Shown in pieces: positions 50,701-63,579 of a stretch of 64,000 nucleotides of DNA. The position numbers and the translations under genes were made by a program. This DNA is from Penicillus capitatus (lineage: Eukaryota; Plantae; Chlorophyta): contig OZ287718.1 in NCBI GenBank assembly GCA_965649825.1, positions 62,001 to 126,000 on the forward strand, in the 5' to 3' direction. The notes under the pieces were generated by a model. It was not told the origin of the DNA and did no database searches. It saw only the letters and a list, made by a program, of their open reading frames with translations. Position 1 is the first letter of the stretch. Each line of letters opens with the position of its first letter.

Positions 50701-53700
50701 TGAAAACATAGAGGAGGATTTGGATCCCATGCTCGATCCTGTGCTTGAAAGAAGAGTGGCAAAGAAAGGAAAAGGTTATATCTTGACGCTGGGCGACAAA
50801 GAAGTGGATTTCTGCGAGTCCTTTAAGCTGTTCTGCACAACCAGACTGCCTAATCCTCACTACTCTCCAGAACTTTCTGCCAAAGTTACCGTAGTGGACT
50901 TCACTGTCACTATGGCGGGTCTGGAAGACCAGTTGCTCGGAAAACTCATTCTAAAGGAGAAGCATGAACTGGAAGAACAAAGACAGCAGCTCGTCGAAGA
51001 TGTCCAGAGCTACAAGAAGAAGATCAAGCAGTTGGAGGAGGATCTGCTGTTCAGACTGTCAAACTCTCAAGGGAACCTTCTGGATGATACAGAACTGATC
51101 GATGTACTGGCCATTACGAAACAAACGGCTCAGGAAGTTACAGAGAAGCTGAACAATGCCAGTGAAACCAATCGAAAAATCAACGACGCATGTGAAGAAT
51201 ACAGACCGGTGGCGCACAGAGCAACACTGATCTATTTCCTGATCGCTGAATTCAGTTTCGTCAACTGTATGTATCAGACGTCTCTGGCACAGTTCAATGA
51301 ACTTTATGAGTTGGCCATCGATACAGCAGAGAAGGCGGCTATGCCCAGCAAACGAATCGCAAACATCATCGAACATATGACCTACGAAATCTATCTCTAC
51401 ATTCAGAGAGGACTGTTTGAGAGACATAAGATCACGTTTGCCTTGATGCTGACGAACAAGATTTTGGTTTCGTCTGGGAAAATCCGTGCGGCGGATGTTG
51501 ATATCTTCCTGAAAGGAGGTGGAGCATTGGATATCAATTCCGTGAGAAAGAAGCCGAAAGAGTGGATCCCAGACAGTGTCTGGCTCAATGTGATTGCGCT
51601 GAGCAGCATGGAGGTTTTCAGAGACATCGCTGACAGCGTGTTTCGAAACGACAGTCTCTGGAGACAGTGGTACGATCAAGAAGCACCCGAGCTTGCAAAA
51701 GTACCGGACTACGATGATCGCCTATCCAAGTTCGAGAAGATGTGCATCGTTAAGTCTTTCAGAGAAGATCGAACACTCATCGCTGCATCTGACTACATTG
51801 CTGACAGTCTCGGTCAGAAGTTTACAGAATCTGTTCCACTGAACATGGAGAAAACATGGTCCGAGAGTCACAGTCGATGTCCTCTCATCTGTCTGCTTTC
51901 TCCCGGTGCCGATCCAACAAAGCTGATTGAGGACCTTGCAAAGAGGAAGAAGATCAAGACCCTTGGCGTTTCTATGGGACAGGGCCAAGAAGTCATAGCG
52001 AGGAAATACATTTCAACGGCCAATGCCGAAGGTCAGTGGGTGCTGCTGCAGAATACACATCTGGGACTGAGTTACCTGACCGAAGTCGAGCAGTTCCTTT
52101 GCAAAGCAGAAGAGCTGCATGATGATTTCAGGCTTTGGATTACGGCAGAGCCGCATCCTCAGTTTCCTATTGGATTGCTTCAGATGGGAATTAAAATTAC
52201 AAACGAAGCACCCGTTGGTATGAAGGCAGGTCTCAGAGCGTCTTACCAGTGGGTAAACCAAGACATGCTAGACGTTGTTAATCGAGCCGAATGGAGACAG
52301 CTCCTCTTTGTCATGTGTTTCCTGCATTCGGTCGTTCAGGAAAGAAGAAAATTTGGACCGATTGGATGGAATATTCCCTACGAATTCAACCAGTCTGATC
52401 TGTCAGCTTGTACACAGTTCCTGCAGAATCACTTGATGGAAATGGATGCCAAGAAGGCCAACCAGCCAACTTGGGATACGGTTCGATACATGATTTCTGC
52501 CATTCAGTATGGAGGCAGAATCACAGACGATTTCGACCAGCTCCTTATGGATACCTATGCAGAGAAATACTTCCATCCAGGCGTCCTTCAGGAGACTGCC
52601 GAACTGTATGTGGATGAGAGATCTGGTTTCCGTTATACCATACCAGCTGGAACTGAAGTTGAAGTGTTCAGGAATGAAATCGAGACATTGCCTGCACAGG
52701 AAAGCCCGGAGATCTTTGGAATGCATCCGAACGCAGATCTCACATTCAGATCTCTTCAAGTCCAGGGAACGCTTTCTACTATTCTGGACACTATGCCCAA
52801 AGGGGCGGGTGGAAGTGGTGGATTGTCTCGCGAAGAGATCGTGGACAAGATCTGCGAGGATCTCCTTTCTAAGATTCCAAAGGTGATGGACAAAGAAGAC
52901 ACCAAGGAGAAACTCAAGAAGCTGAGTGGAGGACCTTCCATGCCGCTCACTGTTCATCTGAGACAGGAGATCGATCGTCTCAATATCATTGTGCATCTCG
53001 CAACCACCACTTTGAAAAATCTCAGGTAATTCTGCTGTGTGCCTTTCTGTTTGTGGATCTCTTTTTTGTGCAGATTGGCAATTGCTGGAACTGTCGCCCT
53101 ATCTGGCAATCTTATTGATGCCTTGGATGCTCTCTATATGGCTCGGATTCCATCCGAATGGCTCAAGAAGTCGTGGGAAGCCAGTACACTTGGTACGGCA
53201 GCACGACACTTTCTCAATAAATTGATCACCTGATCGTGTTCTTTTTGCAGGTAACTGGTTCACAGGATTACTACAGAGACACGATCAGTTGCACAAGTGG
53301 CTGAATCAGGGACGACCAAAAGCTTACTGGCTCACTGGGTTCTTCAATCCTCAAGGATTTCTCACGGCGATGAAGCAAGAAGTGTGTCATGTGTTGGCTG
53401 CTGTTTGATCATTAACATTGGATTCAAATAGGTCAATCGCAAGCATGCTTCAGACAAGTGGGCGCTGGATGATGTTGTGATGACCAGTGAAGTCACGCAT
53501 CCGCCCAAAGAATTCGAGACCCTCAAAGACAGTCCATCTGAAGGCGTCTATATCTATGGTCTCTACTTGGATGGTTGTGCATGGAGTCGCAAGGAAAACA
53601 AACTTGTGGATTCTGAACCGAAAAAGCTGTACAATCCACTTCCTGTGCTCTACGTTACGGGCGTTCAAGCTAAAGACAAGAGGAAGCACAACATCTACGA

Positions 53701-53827
53701 AGCCCCGACGTACAGAGTCAAGCGAAGGACTGGACTCAATTTCATCACGCAGTTCGGTTTGAGAACAGAAGATGATAAATCCAAGTGGATTCTGCGAGGA
53801 GCTTCACTTCTTTGTAGTATTGACTAG
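38758..53827 (+). CDS. ODA2: Axonemal outer-arm dynein gamma heavy chain (ODA2/DNAH5-8 class), about 25-30 short introns (two GC-AG)
   Basis: P-loops [25 protein letters not shown] and GVGGSGKQ; long stretches match the Chlamydomonas gamma HC as I recall it ([35 protein letters not shown]); ends LLCSID*. Confidence 0.97.
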
Positions 53828-54173
53828 TCAAGACGTGATAAACAAACGAACGGAGTTCTACTGCGTAGATGAACAGATTTCTCTGTACCTTGATCTCTCC
53901 CTATGTATACAGATGTTCTCCATACCCATATCCCACATGAATATCGTTTCAGGCAATGGTTTCGTTGAAAACCAAGCAGCTTGGTGTCGTGTGGTATGGT
54001 GTTCGACGACTCTTCGCTAAACTGCTGAAGGTGCAGTAGCGAATCTAGACACATAGATTGTCTGGACGTCGTTGCATGTGTGACGTCAACATGCGCGTTA
54101 TGGATTTCGCCGTACACTTAAGATCGCAATCGCCGACTTTTGAGAGGGACCTTGATGTGCCAGACGTAGCACG

Positions 54174-55804
54174 ATGTCGAAGAACGTATCCGTCTCCACC
54201 AAAGTTCACGCGGATGACCCAAAATCTCACCATAAAGGAAAACCACACGATTTCTACTCGCTCGTCTGCGACGACGAAACAGTCGACCTCACTTCTCTGA
54301 GAGCAGCGTGTGCGAGTGGAGTTCCGGAAGACGGTGGATTACGGGCAGTTGTTTGGAAAGTCCGTTCTCTACCTTCACTTGGCAAACGAGCGGCCCTTTT
54401 CCAGTAGTTACTGCTCCAACTGCTCCCTGCGGACAGAAAAAAATGGAAAGAGACATTGGAGGCCAAACGGAAACAATACAAAAGCTTCTGCGAAGTGAAA
54501 CATTTTGGTCACCATGGACTCGGCAGTCGAGGCACCATCGTCTGTTTGCGGCAGGAATTCATTGTGGATCCTAAAGAAGCAGAAAACGAATGCCAGCTAA
54601 ACCCATTGAGCATGAGAAAAGTGCGATTCCCCTCACCAATGCCACGTGCAAGATCCATTCGTGTAGTCCTCTTCGGATGGGCCAAAGACACAAAGAGAGT
54701 TAGAAAAGACTCGGAGTGAAGCGTGCGATATTTCAGGATATGATCATCCACTGGCTCTGGATACTCGGAGCAAATGGTTTGTCTATTTTCAAGTAGAAAT
54801 GCGCACCGTCTGATTGGTTGATATGCTGACCGTGTATCTTGCCGACTCTGACTAGGACACCGAGATCCGCGATCAGATTGATCGGGATGTGATGCGTACA
54901 CATCCAGACATACCATTCTTCAGCGAAAACAGCACGTCTGCTAGAACGCATCGCGAGGTATGCGTGAACACGTGCATCCATTGAAATCGCTCTCTCTCTC
55001 ACACAGTTTACATCAAATGACATGTTGCAGGAGATCAAGCGTGCACTCTTTGTGTTTACGAAACTGAATCCCGGAATCACTTACGTCCAGGGAATGAATG
55101 AAATCTATGCACCTCTTTACTTCATCTTCAAGACGTGCGAACACGGAGAGTTTGGAGAATTGAAAGGATTTGGATCGACAGAGCATGCAGAAGCAGATGC
55201 TTTCTTTTGCTTTTTGGATCTGATGGGCGACTTCAGAGACAACTTTTGCAAACAGCTGGTACGCGTTCGTCAAACATTCTCTCTTGAAAGTGACTTGGCA
55301 GGACAACAGCACCACAGGAATCCGAGCAGTAATACGTAAATTCTCAGATCGCCTTGCCAAGGAAGATCCTGCTGTATCAGATCATCTGACACATAAAACA
55401 CAGGTCGATGCATCTGCTAAACGCATGGCACATATGTACTGTGTTTCTTGCACGACTGACAGGTGGATCATCACTACTTTGCTTTTCGTTGGATAACATT
55501 GCTGCTCACACAAGAATTTGAGTTTCTGGATGTTCTGCGGATGTGGGATACACTAATTGCTGCAAAGCCCTTGACACGTCAGGGGTTTTTACTGAGTGGT
55601 GCCCTGCCCGATCCACCTTCTCTGTGCGATGTTGATCGGCTGTGATGCTTAGTGTGTATCGCCATGATCGTGAGCGTCAGGGATGAGATCCTGCAGGGAG
55701 ATTACACTCAAAACCTAAAGCTTCTGCAGAAGTTTCCTGTTCGAGATGTGAACGAATTGATTCGCGATGCGATTCGTATTGATAAAAGGATCTCGCGTCC
55801 CTGA
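54174..55804 (+). CDS. Rab-GAP TBC domain protein (TBC1D13-like)
   Basis: LRAVVWK, DHPL, IDRDVMRTHP (Arg finger), YVQGMNE (Gln finger), EADAFFCF and FAFRWITLLLTQEF; 8 GT-AG introns. Confidence 0.92.
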
Positions 55805-55866
55805 TGAACTTATGCAGAAAGGGCTAGAATTAAAAAATACGAAAAAGGAACAAAATGCATGTTTCA

Positions 55867-58800
55867 TCAGTTGTTTCTGACAACTTCTTCGACGACATGA
55901 TCGAACACGACCTTCCAAACTTCCAGAGCCTTCATTCATGTAAATTCTGTGACCTTTGTTTCTTTCTAAAAGAACAGCTTACCAATCCAATTGCATATCG
56001 CGAAGCTCCTTGAGAGGCCGCGTGCGCACGCGATCTGCGTTGCAAATGATCAGAGAGTAGAACATGGACCACATCTGCCAGTTCATGTTCGTTTTGAACT
56101 GTCCAGACGGCTGGACCCGCCGAGCCGTAGGGCAAGTGTGTCGCTGGCATCACGTACTCTCCAGTGGGACTCAAGACTTTGAGGTCTTGATGCACATCGA
56201 GGCCTTCCTGACCTGAAGGTGTCGAAGAATGATGCCCGCGCTTACCAGAAGGCTTGACAAACCCATGTGATAGGTAGAGTACAACGGAGAGCAGGATTTT
56301 GAATCTGTGTAGATGGTTCCGTCGGGCGAGTAGCATTTTTCGGCATAGATCTGTTGCCTTGAAACTGGTGAAGGATGTGGGCGGTCGATCCAGGCAATAT
56401 CATTGAGTTCCGTGATATCAACCATGTGACTCTCTTCTTCAGATCTCTGAAGAAGATCGGCAACGTCAGGCGTACTCTCTCGGATGAGCTCTAGGTAATG
56501 AAGCTGACATAAGACTGGTGTGCGATAAGATCTACGATCCATACCTGATCCTTCAGGATCACGACCTTCCTCGTTGATTTGGAAAACAGACGATAGCTCT
56601 AGATTCAACGACGAAGTCTCGTCTATTGGATGCGGACAGTATCTTACCTCTACAGGTGGTGTGAACCGGTGTGGAGGAATTGCTGAGATACGATGTGTGT
56701 GCGTGATTTCCAAACTCTTCCTCCTCCTGGTGCTGTTCCTCCTGCTCCTCTTCTTCTTCTCTGATGGAAGTGTACATATAGGTCCTCTCCTCTTCGTATT
56801 CCGTTGTTCGTGACCGAGCATGTCGAGCCGGGCTTGATTGAATGGATCGTAATATTCTGTCACCTTGTTCCATTGAGGAACGACCTCTTATTTCGGGAGG
56901 TGCTGTTTGTGGTCTGTCTGTATAGACATAGAATGGAAAGGAAGAGATCAAGCGATCAGTCACGAAAGAAAAAGAAGAACTGGATCTTCTTATAGAGAGC
57001 TGGCGGTGGATTGCATTCGCCGGTTGCGATGCCGAATCCAGTGCCTCTTCGGGGTTATCATCCACCGAATGCATCCCTGCCGCGTGTCCATCCGTTGAAA
57101 CAGCGAGATCGCTGTCAGTACATTAACATACCTGATTGGTAAACAATAGTTTCAGCCTCTTCAGCCGCAATGATGGCATTTTGATTGATGTCCTCTGATC
57201 ACAGATCGTAGGCTGTAAGAAGCATTGTCCTGATGTGATGAAAACCACCTGTCATCTGTGCATACTCTTCGTTGTGCGTTCCTGTAATGACAGCGGCGTT
57301 GGCGATGCAGGCTTGTGCCACACTTCCGCCTACAGAGATGCATTTTCGTCACTCTCTACAGAGATTGACAGAAAAAACCTTTCATGCCATGGAGCAGAGA
57401 ACATCCTACAAAAACGACTCCAGCGATGTGACTTAACAGGAAGACATGTTCAGCTCGACGAGGATCCACAATGAATACATCAACATTCTCATCTGTCGAA
57501 GAAGCATGGGTGTAGGGTTGACACGGGGGAGACGGACATTTATCCTCGCGTGGTGACCAGATGGCAAACTTTGCCCCAATATTATGCAGATAGCAGATAG
57601 CGGCGTCGCAGTGTGTGGGAGTCTCTGGAACAAGAACCGTCAACACGTCTGGGAAGGCATCTCTTAATTTATTGTGTATGTCCCACAACTTGCCCACTTC
57701 CATTTCATGAACATGCGTTGCCATCCATACTTTGCGCCCGCCTACTCCTAGATGACACATCCAAACCATCTTCATCGTCGCTATTTCGCATGTTTAAAAC
57801 TTTTCTTGATGCGATGCACACATTCCCAATCGATGTTGCTGAGAGTCCAAGCAGCTTCTCCTATTTCTGCTGCCCATCTAAGATCTGCGGACCAGCCAGG
57901 AATCTGTTCCAGAGAGGCTCCCATCATACAAAAACGACCAACGTCCTACAAACACAGTAAGTTTTTCTTAACATTTGCTCTCCGAAACATGTTAGCTGCA
58001 CACACCGATTGAGTCTCGGGTATAATAACAGAGAAATTCGACAAGATTTCTTGAAAACTCAGCCTAGATGATGTACAAGTGTACGAATTCAAGAAATGCT
58101 CACTCTGCAAATGCGCTTTAAATAACACCAAACGACATCCAGCTGCTCGCAAACATTGAACACCGCGAAGCCCCAACGGACACTCTTCCTACAGAAACCG
58201 CCAGATGTGGTCACCCTCCAATCTGGCATTCTGGAGGCCAGCACCAAAAAGAAGGCAATCTGAGGTTGCCAATGATGTACAAAATCCGCCATTCTTTGGA
58301 TAGAGTGAGATGGGAAATGAAACGCAAAAACCTAAAACCACGCAGCTAGATCTTACAATCTCTATCAGCATTTTTCGCCAGACGTGAGGATGCAGTCCAT
58401 CTTCCTGAATGGATGCAATGATCTCCTGTTGCGTTGACGTCAGCAGAATATGAACATCATCAAACTATCGGCAACAAACAAAACCACAAAACCGTTTTAG
58501 AAGATAGATTAGATCAAAGAGAATGCAATCATACAAGAAGACATTCTTGCACAAAAGGCAATACAATCGATGCTGTTCCTGAGCAAACGGCCATACTGTA
58601 CGGTAAGAAGGCGACGGGACTGTGGCTGACATTTACCAAAAGAAGGCAAATGAAACCAGAGTATTTTTCCCGACGGTCGTGGCTGCGCCTTCATGAAACA
58701 GATGTCATCTGATTTCTGCAACCAGGAGTCGGATTGCAGACAGCAACTCTGTCGACGTTTCGACGCACCCACCTCTTTTACTTTGGGAGGAATTCCTCGG

Positions 58801-59050
58801 AGCACCCGCCATTGCTTCCAAACAAACTTCTACATTGCAGCGACAGTGTTAAACGAAGAAACCGAGTTCGGTCACGACAATGGTGTAGAAGAGCCAAATC
58901 GAGAGGAGACCGTTTGAAGACGCGGCGTTCGCCATTCTCTTATCATCTGAAGATTTCTTGAAAGCGGACATGATAAACACGCGGTGCCGTACAAGGAGAT
59001 GACGGAATGGTATAACGCATGGCGTCGTCTTCCATCGAAGCTCAGAAGAG
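55867..59050 (-). CDS. Degenerate Kdo transferase (KdtA/WaaA)-like GT-B protein with a large low-complexity insertion; 5' end approximate
   Basis: Collinear KdtA-like blocks: RPSGKILWFHLPSFG, HILLTST, FVHHWQPQIAFFL, ILSNFSVII..QSDVGRF..GA, GRKVWMATH, PDVLTVLVP, DVFIVD, VVFVGCSL, and after the insertion AVWTVQNEHELADVVHVLLSD. Confidence 0.7.
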
Positions 59051-59409
59051 ACGCATCATCGAAGATTACCGACACCGTCGCCGCAGACAGGAGCAATCGC
59101 AGGATACCTTGTCACGTCTCTGGAGGTAACACACGACACAGTAGAGCTGGTTGGCGAGCACTGGTGTCGGTGCAGGTGGTGTGCATCTCAGAAGGTCAAC
59201 TTTGATTCGCTGATTGGCATTGCAGTTTACGATACCTGGTGGGAACCTGCATTACTGTACGTAACGTGCAGTCTCGTTGTGTGGTTGGTTCTGTGGGGTG
59301 CGTTGATTCAACTACGCAACGCTGTTCATCTGATTCTCCTTCTCCGAGACACGTTGTTCACTTGGCTGCGTTTCTTAGCTCATTTCTTGGCAGCTTCTCG
59401 TAAAGCACA

Positions 59410-59838
59410 ATGAGCTTCTTGTTACCGCATCTACATTCCGGATACGCAGTGGACCAAGCCATTCTTTCCGAAGAGCTACGTGTGGTGATCCTGCGTTTTG
59501 GCCATGACTGGGATCCAACATGTATGCAGATGGATGAAATTCTCTCTCAGTGCTCTGACAGTGTCAAGAACTTTGCAGTTGTCTATCTGGTAGACATCAC
59601 AGAAGTGCCAGATTTCAATACAATGTATGAGCTCTATGATCCATGCACTGTCATGTTCTTCTTCAGAAACAAGCACATCATGATTGATCTGGGGACAGGC
59701 AACAACAACAAGATCAACTGGGCGATGAGTGATAAACAGGAATTTGTCGATATCGTTGAGACAGTCTACAGAGGAGCACGGAAAGGACGAGGATTGGTGG
59801 TGTCGCCAAAAGATTACTCGACAAAATACAGATACTGA
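59410..59838 (+). CDS. DIM1: U5 snRNP thioredoxin-like protein Dim1/TXNL4A, intronless
   Basis: Complete 142-aa MSFLLPHLHSGYAVDQAI...SPKDYSTKYRY. Confidence 0.98.
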   Translation: MSFLLPHLHSGYAVDQAILSEELRVVILRFGHDWDPTCMQMDEILSQCSDSVKNFAVVYLVDITEVPDFNTMYELYDPCTVMFFFRNKHIMIDLGTGNNNKINWAMSDKQEFVDIVETVYRGARKGRGLVVSPKDYSTKYRY

Positions 59839-59859
59839 TGACGCCTGCCAGCAAAGACG

Positions 59860-61114
59860 TCAGAAATTTGTGATGTACTCGTCTAGAGGCTGCATGGACA
59901 TCTCTGAAGGGAGCCCTTTCTCCTGTCGGTGAAGGAAGACTTTTGTCATGTAGCTAAGCTTCTGCTGTGTAAACGCTGTGTGTCGTTCATCTTTTGCGAT
60001 CTCCTCTGCCATTGCATCCAAGTCTTTCTGAGCCACTGTGTCTGTGGAGCTCCAGATGGCCATAAGCACGCTCAGTTGTTTTTCAGAGAATGCTGAGAGT
60101 CTGTGCGACTTACAGATCTCTTGGTTCAAGGTCTCGAAATGGGACGATGACTCGATGCCAGAAGACAAAGCACGGTCCTTGTTGATCAGGTGCATTGCGC
60201 ACTGTAGACGCGTGAGATCGTCCTCTGTATAACACTTCATTCTGCAACACACTCCACATGATCACATTTCACAGTAAACACCATGAGGCACATACCTGTG
60301 CGGTCGGAGACACTGGTCAAGCAGTGCTTGAATGAAATGCCTGCGCCTATAAGTGAGAATGGCAGATGATAAGAAGAGATCCACGATCGATGCTTCGTTA
60401 AAATGCCTAACGCATTCCATAGATCGAGTCGAGATATTTTGAATGTCGATGTGTATACTCGAGTCGATGGGGTTTGATGGTTTCTTTTGCCAGTGGATCC
60501 AGATAAGCTTCAAAGTAGAAACGCAGACGGGCCAGTCCCTTCCAGATCTCACCGATCTGCACTTCCGTAAACGACATTCCCCTTTCTTCGCGTATCACTT
60601 CCCTCATGACCTCCACCAGCAGTTCCGAGATGCCAAAGAACACGCCGCATGGCTGAACACTGTTTGCCTTTGTTGCTATCCTTCCGAGGCGTCCCATGGA
60701 TTTGACCATCACCACCAACTGGATGTGATCTAGCTCAGAGAAGACCCGCTTTTCTCTCATATCTTTGCACATATCTCCAAGCAATTGAGGATGCATGTAG
60801 CCCAGTAATGCACAGGAACTGAACATGAACACCATTCTGCGTGGTGTCCAAGAGGAGATCGCTTTCCTCGTCGTACAGAGCTGTGACAGATGATTCAGAT
60901 CTTTATGCATGGCGTCTCTGGGAGGGCGAAATCGACAGTGCGCCAACTTGCGGAAACTCAGTTCCAGCTGCGAGGGTGTCGGTTGTTTCTCTTGTGTGAC
61001 CTTGTTCATTATGCTCTCCCAACTCAGAGACTCCCATTCTTCATAGATCTTGGTAAAGCAGCGCACGTGTTTGAGATATATTGCATGAAATTTAACACAT
61101 CTGATGACTCTCAT
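59860..61114 (-). CDS. Organelle-targeted alpha-helical repeat protein (OPR/FASTK-like), function unknown
   Basis: Basic presequence-like N-terminus MRVIRCVKFHAIYLKHVRCF; ~40-aa helical units (WTPRRMVFMFSSCALLGY, LDHIQLVVMVKSMGRLG, FTEVQIGEIWKGLARLRF). Confidence 0.65.
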
Positions 61115-61149
61115 CGTATTAAACAATCACGGCAGCACGCAAAACGCAT

Positions 61150-63440
61150 ATGACTCCGACTTTGGAATTTGAAGAATTCTGGCCACAATGGCCTCGAGAG
61201 ACATCCGGACGGTTGCTATTAAATCTCTGTGTAGAGACGTCGTTCGCTGAGTTGGTGCATCACATCTGGTCTCCCAATTCCCGTTTTCTAGTACTCAGTG
61301 TGCTCTTTCGCGAACCAGACAAAACTGCATGCGCAGGCAGAAGCGAATAGACAGAGAGGGTATGTAGACTTTCATTGCACCGATTGGATGAGTTCTGAAA
61401 CGGAACTCCCCGACCTGCCTGGGGGTTTCGATTGGCGTTGGGAACATTCTCCAACTGTTAATTTTATTACTAATATTCGAGGAAAAATGAGAAAGGCGAG
61501 TGCAACCACCCATCCTGTACGTGTTTGGAGTGCGGATGAGAGAGTGCGTGTATATTAGGTGCGCTTTGAGGCGAGAAGTGGCAGTGTTTTGACACAGCAG
61601 CCCTTTAAGACAGAAGAAGTTCAGAGATGCACACAGTACAAGGAGAAAGAGTGTATGGTCGTGGATGCATGTGTGCGATCAACGGCACCGTTGTGTGACA
61701 AAATTCGAGTTCTTTGCAGGCAACACATCCAATCCGATGTCGCCTTCTCCATTCGACAGACATTGTTGCAGATACACCATTAAGGCTGTGAAGCCAGAGA
61801 AGTGTCAGTTGAGAGTCGTTTACCACATCGAGTACCTCCAAAGTCTAAACGGGTTTCTCAAAGGCATTCTCGAGAGAGGCGCCAGAGGTATGGCAGACGA
61901 ATAAATATCTGGATGTAGAAGAAAGGCGTCTTCTTTTCTAAATGTTCAGACGGGCTGACATCAAACTACGATACATTTGGCAAAGTGCTGCTTTCCTGTG
62001 TCTCTCCGATCTCAGAGAATGCTACTGCTGATTCAACACCAGAATCCCAACCGGATGTCGATGTGCTTCAATCCTCCGCTAAAAACATGTGATGCTCTTC
62101 TCGCTGTCCCATCAACAAATGTGTTTTCCTGCAGGCGTCCCTACCAAAGCGTTCTCAATTGGTCAGCAATTCCGCCTATATCTTTCATCTTTGCCTTGCT
62201 CAACATCCTGACAACAAGGTCATTATTGATGTGGTTTTTTGAACTTGTGGTGGAGTTTTCGATGGCTGTTCTCTATGTCGCATTTCTATATCTTCTCTTC
62301 CACGTGTGGACATTGATTAGGGAGAAATTCAATACAGGAGGTCTTTTCTTGATATCTTCGGAAATCGATTTCCGACAAGGGTTGATGACAGTATTTGTCC
62401 TTATCCTTTTGTTGGAGGGGTCACAGGTTTTCATCCATTTTTTCAAGAGACTGTTGAATATTTCTCGATTGTGCTGCATTCATCTGTACGGAAAGATGAG
62501 TGAGTTTTTGGCCAGACTGCATGCAGAGAGCCATCGGAATCTCCACAGTAGCCCCTCCATCGATGACACTGTGAGCCTTGCTGAGCATCTGACGGACGAC
62601 GACCGGATCGATTCTGGATGCTCGGCAGAGACAGAGGTCGACGAAGGAAATCAGGATGATTCCTTCATCCGAAAAATTGTGAACGGATTCTGGACTCTTC
62701 TATATTACAGTAAGACCAAACAGACACTGTCTGTCTGTCATTACGCTCTCCACATCCATCACCTGTTGCCGATGCTGTAGATAGTTCAGATTTCAGAAAG
62801 TTTGCGCATTCCATGCCAATCGAAGAACGCACCAATCCGGATGGTAGTGTCGTTGAAGAGCTGTTCGAGAATGAACGGCTCCAACCTTTCCGGGTGAGTG
62901 AGATCTGTCCAACAATACCACTAGAGAGAGATTGTGAATGAAATCGATGGCTGTCCTTCGTTCTAGGGTTGGGGACATCAGTGGCCGGGACATTTCCTCC
63001 CGACGGATAAGTTTAGTCATTGGAGTTCTTTTGATATGGATGGGAACATTGTCACATGTGACCAACGTGAAAAAGTCGAACCGTTTCTTCCACCCGGATG
63101 GGAATGGAAGGAAGAAGACTGGAAGGTAATGCAAGGACGCAACTCTGTTGCCAAGTGTGTTCACCATCTGATGCTCCCTCCATAGGTGGATCTGAGCAGA
63201 AGGAATTCGCAAGCTGTCGACAAACAAGGTTGGTATTACAGTTTGGACTTTCCATGGATCAAATTCGCCCCAGAGAAAAACAACGGAATCCGAAAGATGT
63301 CTGATTTCGTACGACGACGCAGATATACCAGAACACGCATCCGCAAGACTCAAGGTCTAAACGCTAATGCCCAAGCATCCACTTTCCAAGACAATCCCTC
63401 CAATCCAACGCCATACTTCTCCTTTCTCCAGTTCCTTTAG
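61150..63440 (+). CDS. VASt (StARkin lipid-transfer) domain + hydrophobic TM region + DysF (dysferlin/Pex24-30) domain protein
   Basis: VASt-like: ELVHHIWSPNSRF...DFHCTDW...APLCDKIRVLCRYTI...LKGILERGA. TM region 62150-62460. DysF: EELFENERLQPFRGW..LPTD...PPGWEW..EDWKVD...DKQGWYYSLDF...DFVRRRRYTRTR. All joined in frame by plausible introns. Confidence 0.75.
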
Positions 63441-63579
63441 CGTTGAAGCTGCTCGCTCGTATTGCATTTGTATATACACAAGAGCAACAACAACAATGAT
63501 TAAACGAATGAGAATAAGCAAGCGTCATCCGATCTATCCGTCCTGTCTCTGTTAGATCATCACGGAGAGGATGTGCGCT

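Noticed and set aside
43681-52996. Long antisense ORFs over dynein (e.g. 49305-49838, 51059-51679, 52403-52996) and over LMBR1/PPR
   Set aside because: These are shadow ORFs caused by codon usage of the real genes; they have no motifs and no coherent splice structure.
61496-61558. A ninth GC-AG intron (AAG|GCGAGT)
   Set aside because: An in-phase GTACGT donor lies 21 nt downstream, so it is ambiguous and was not counted.
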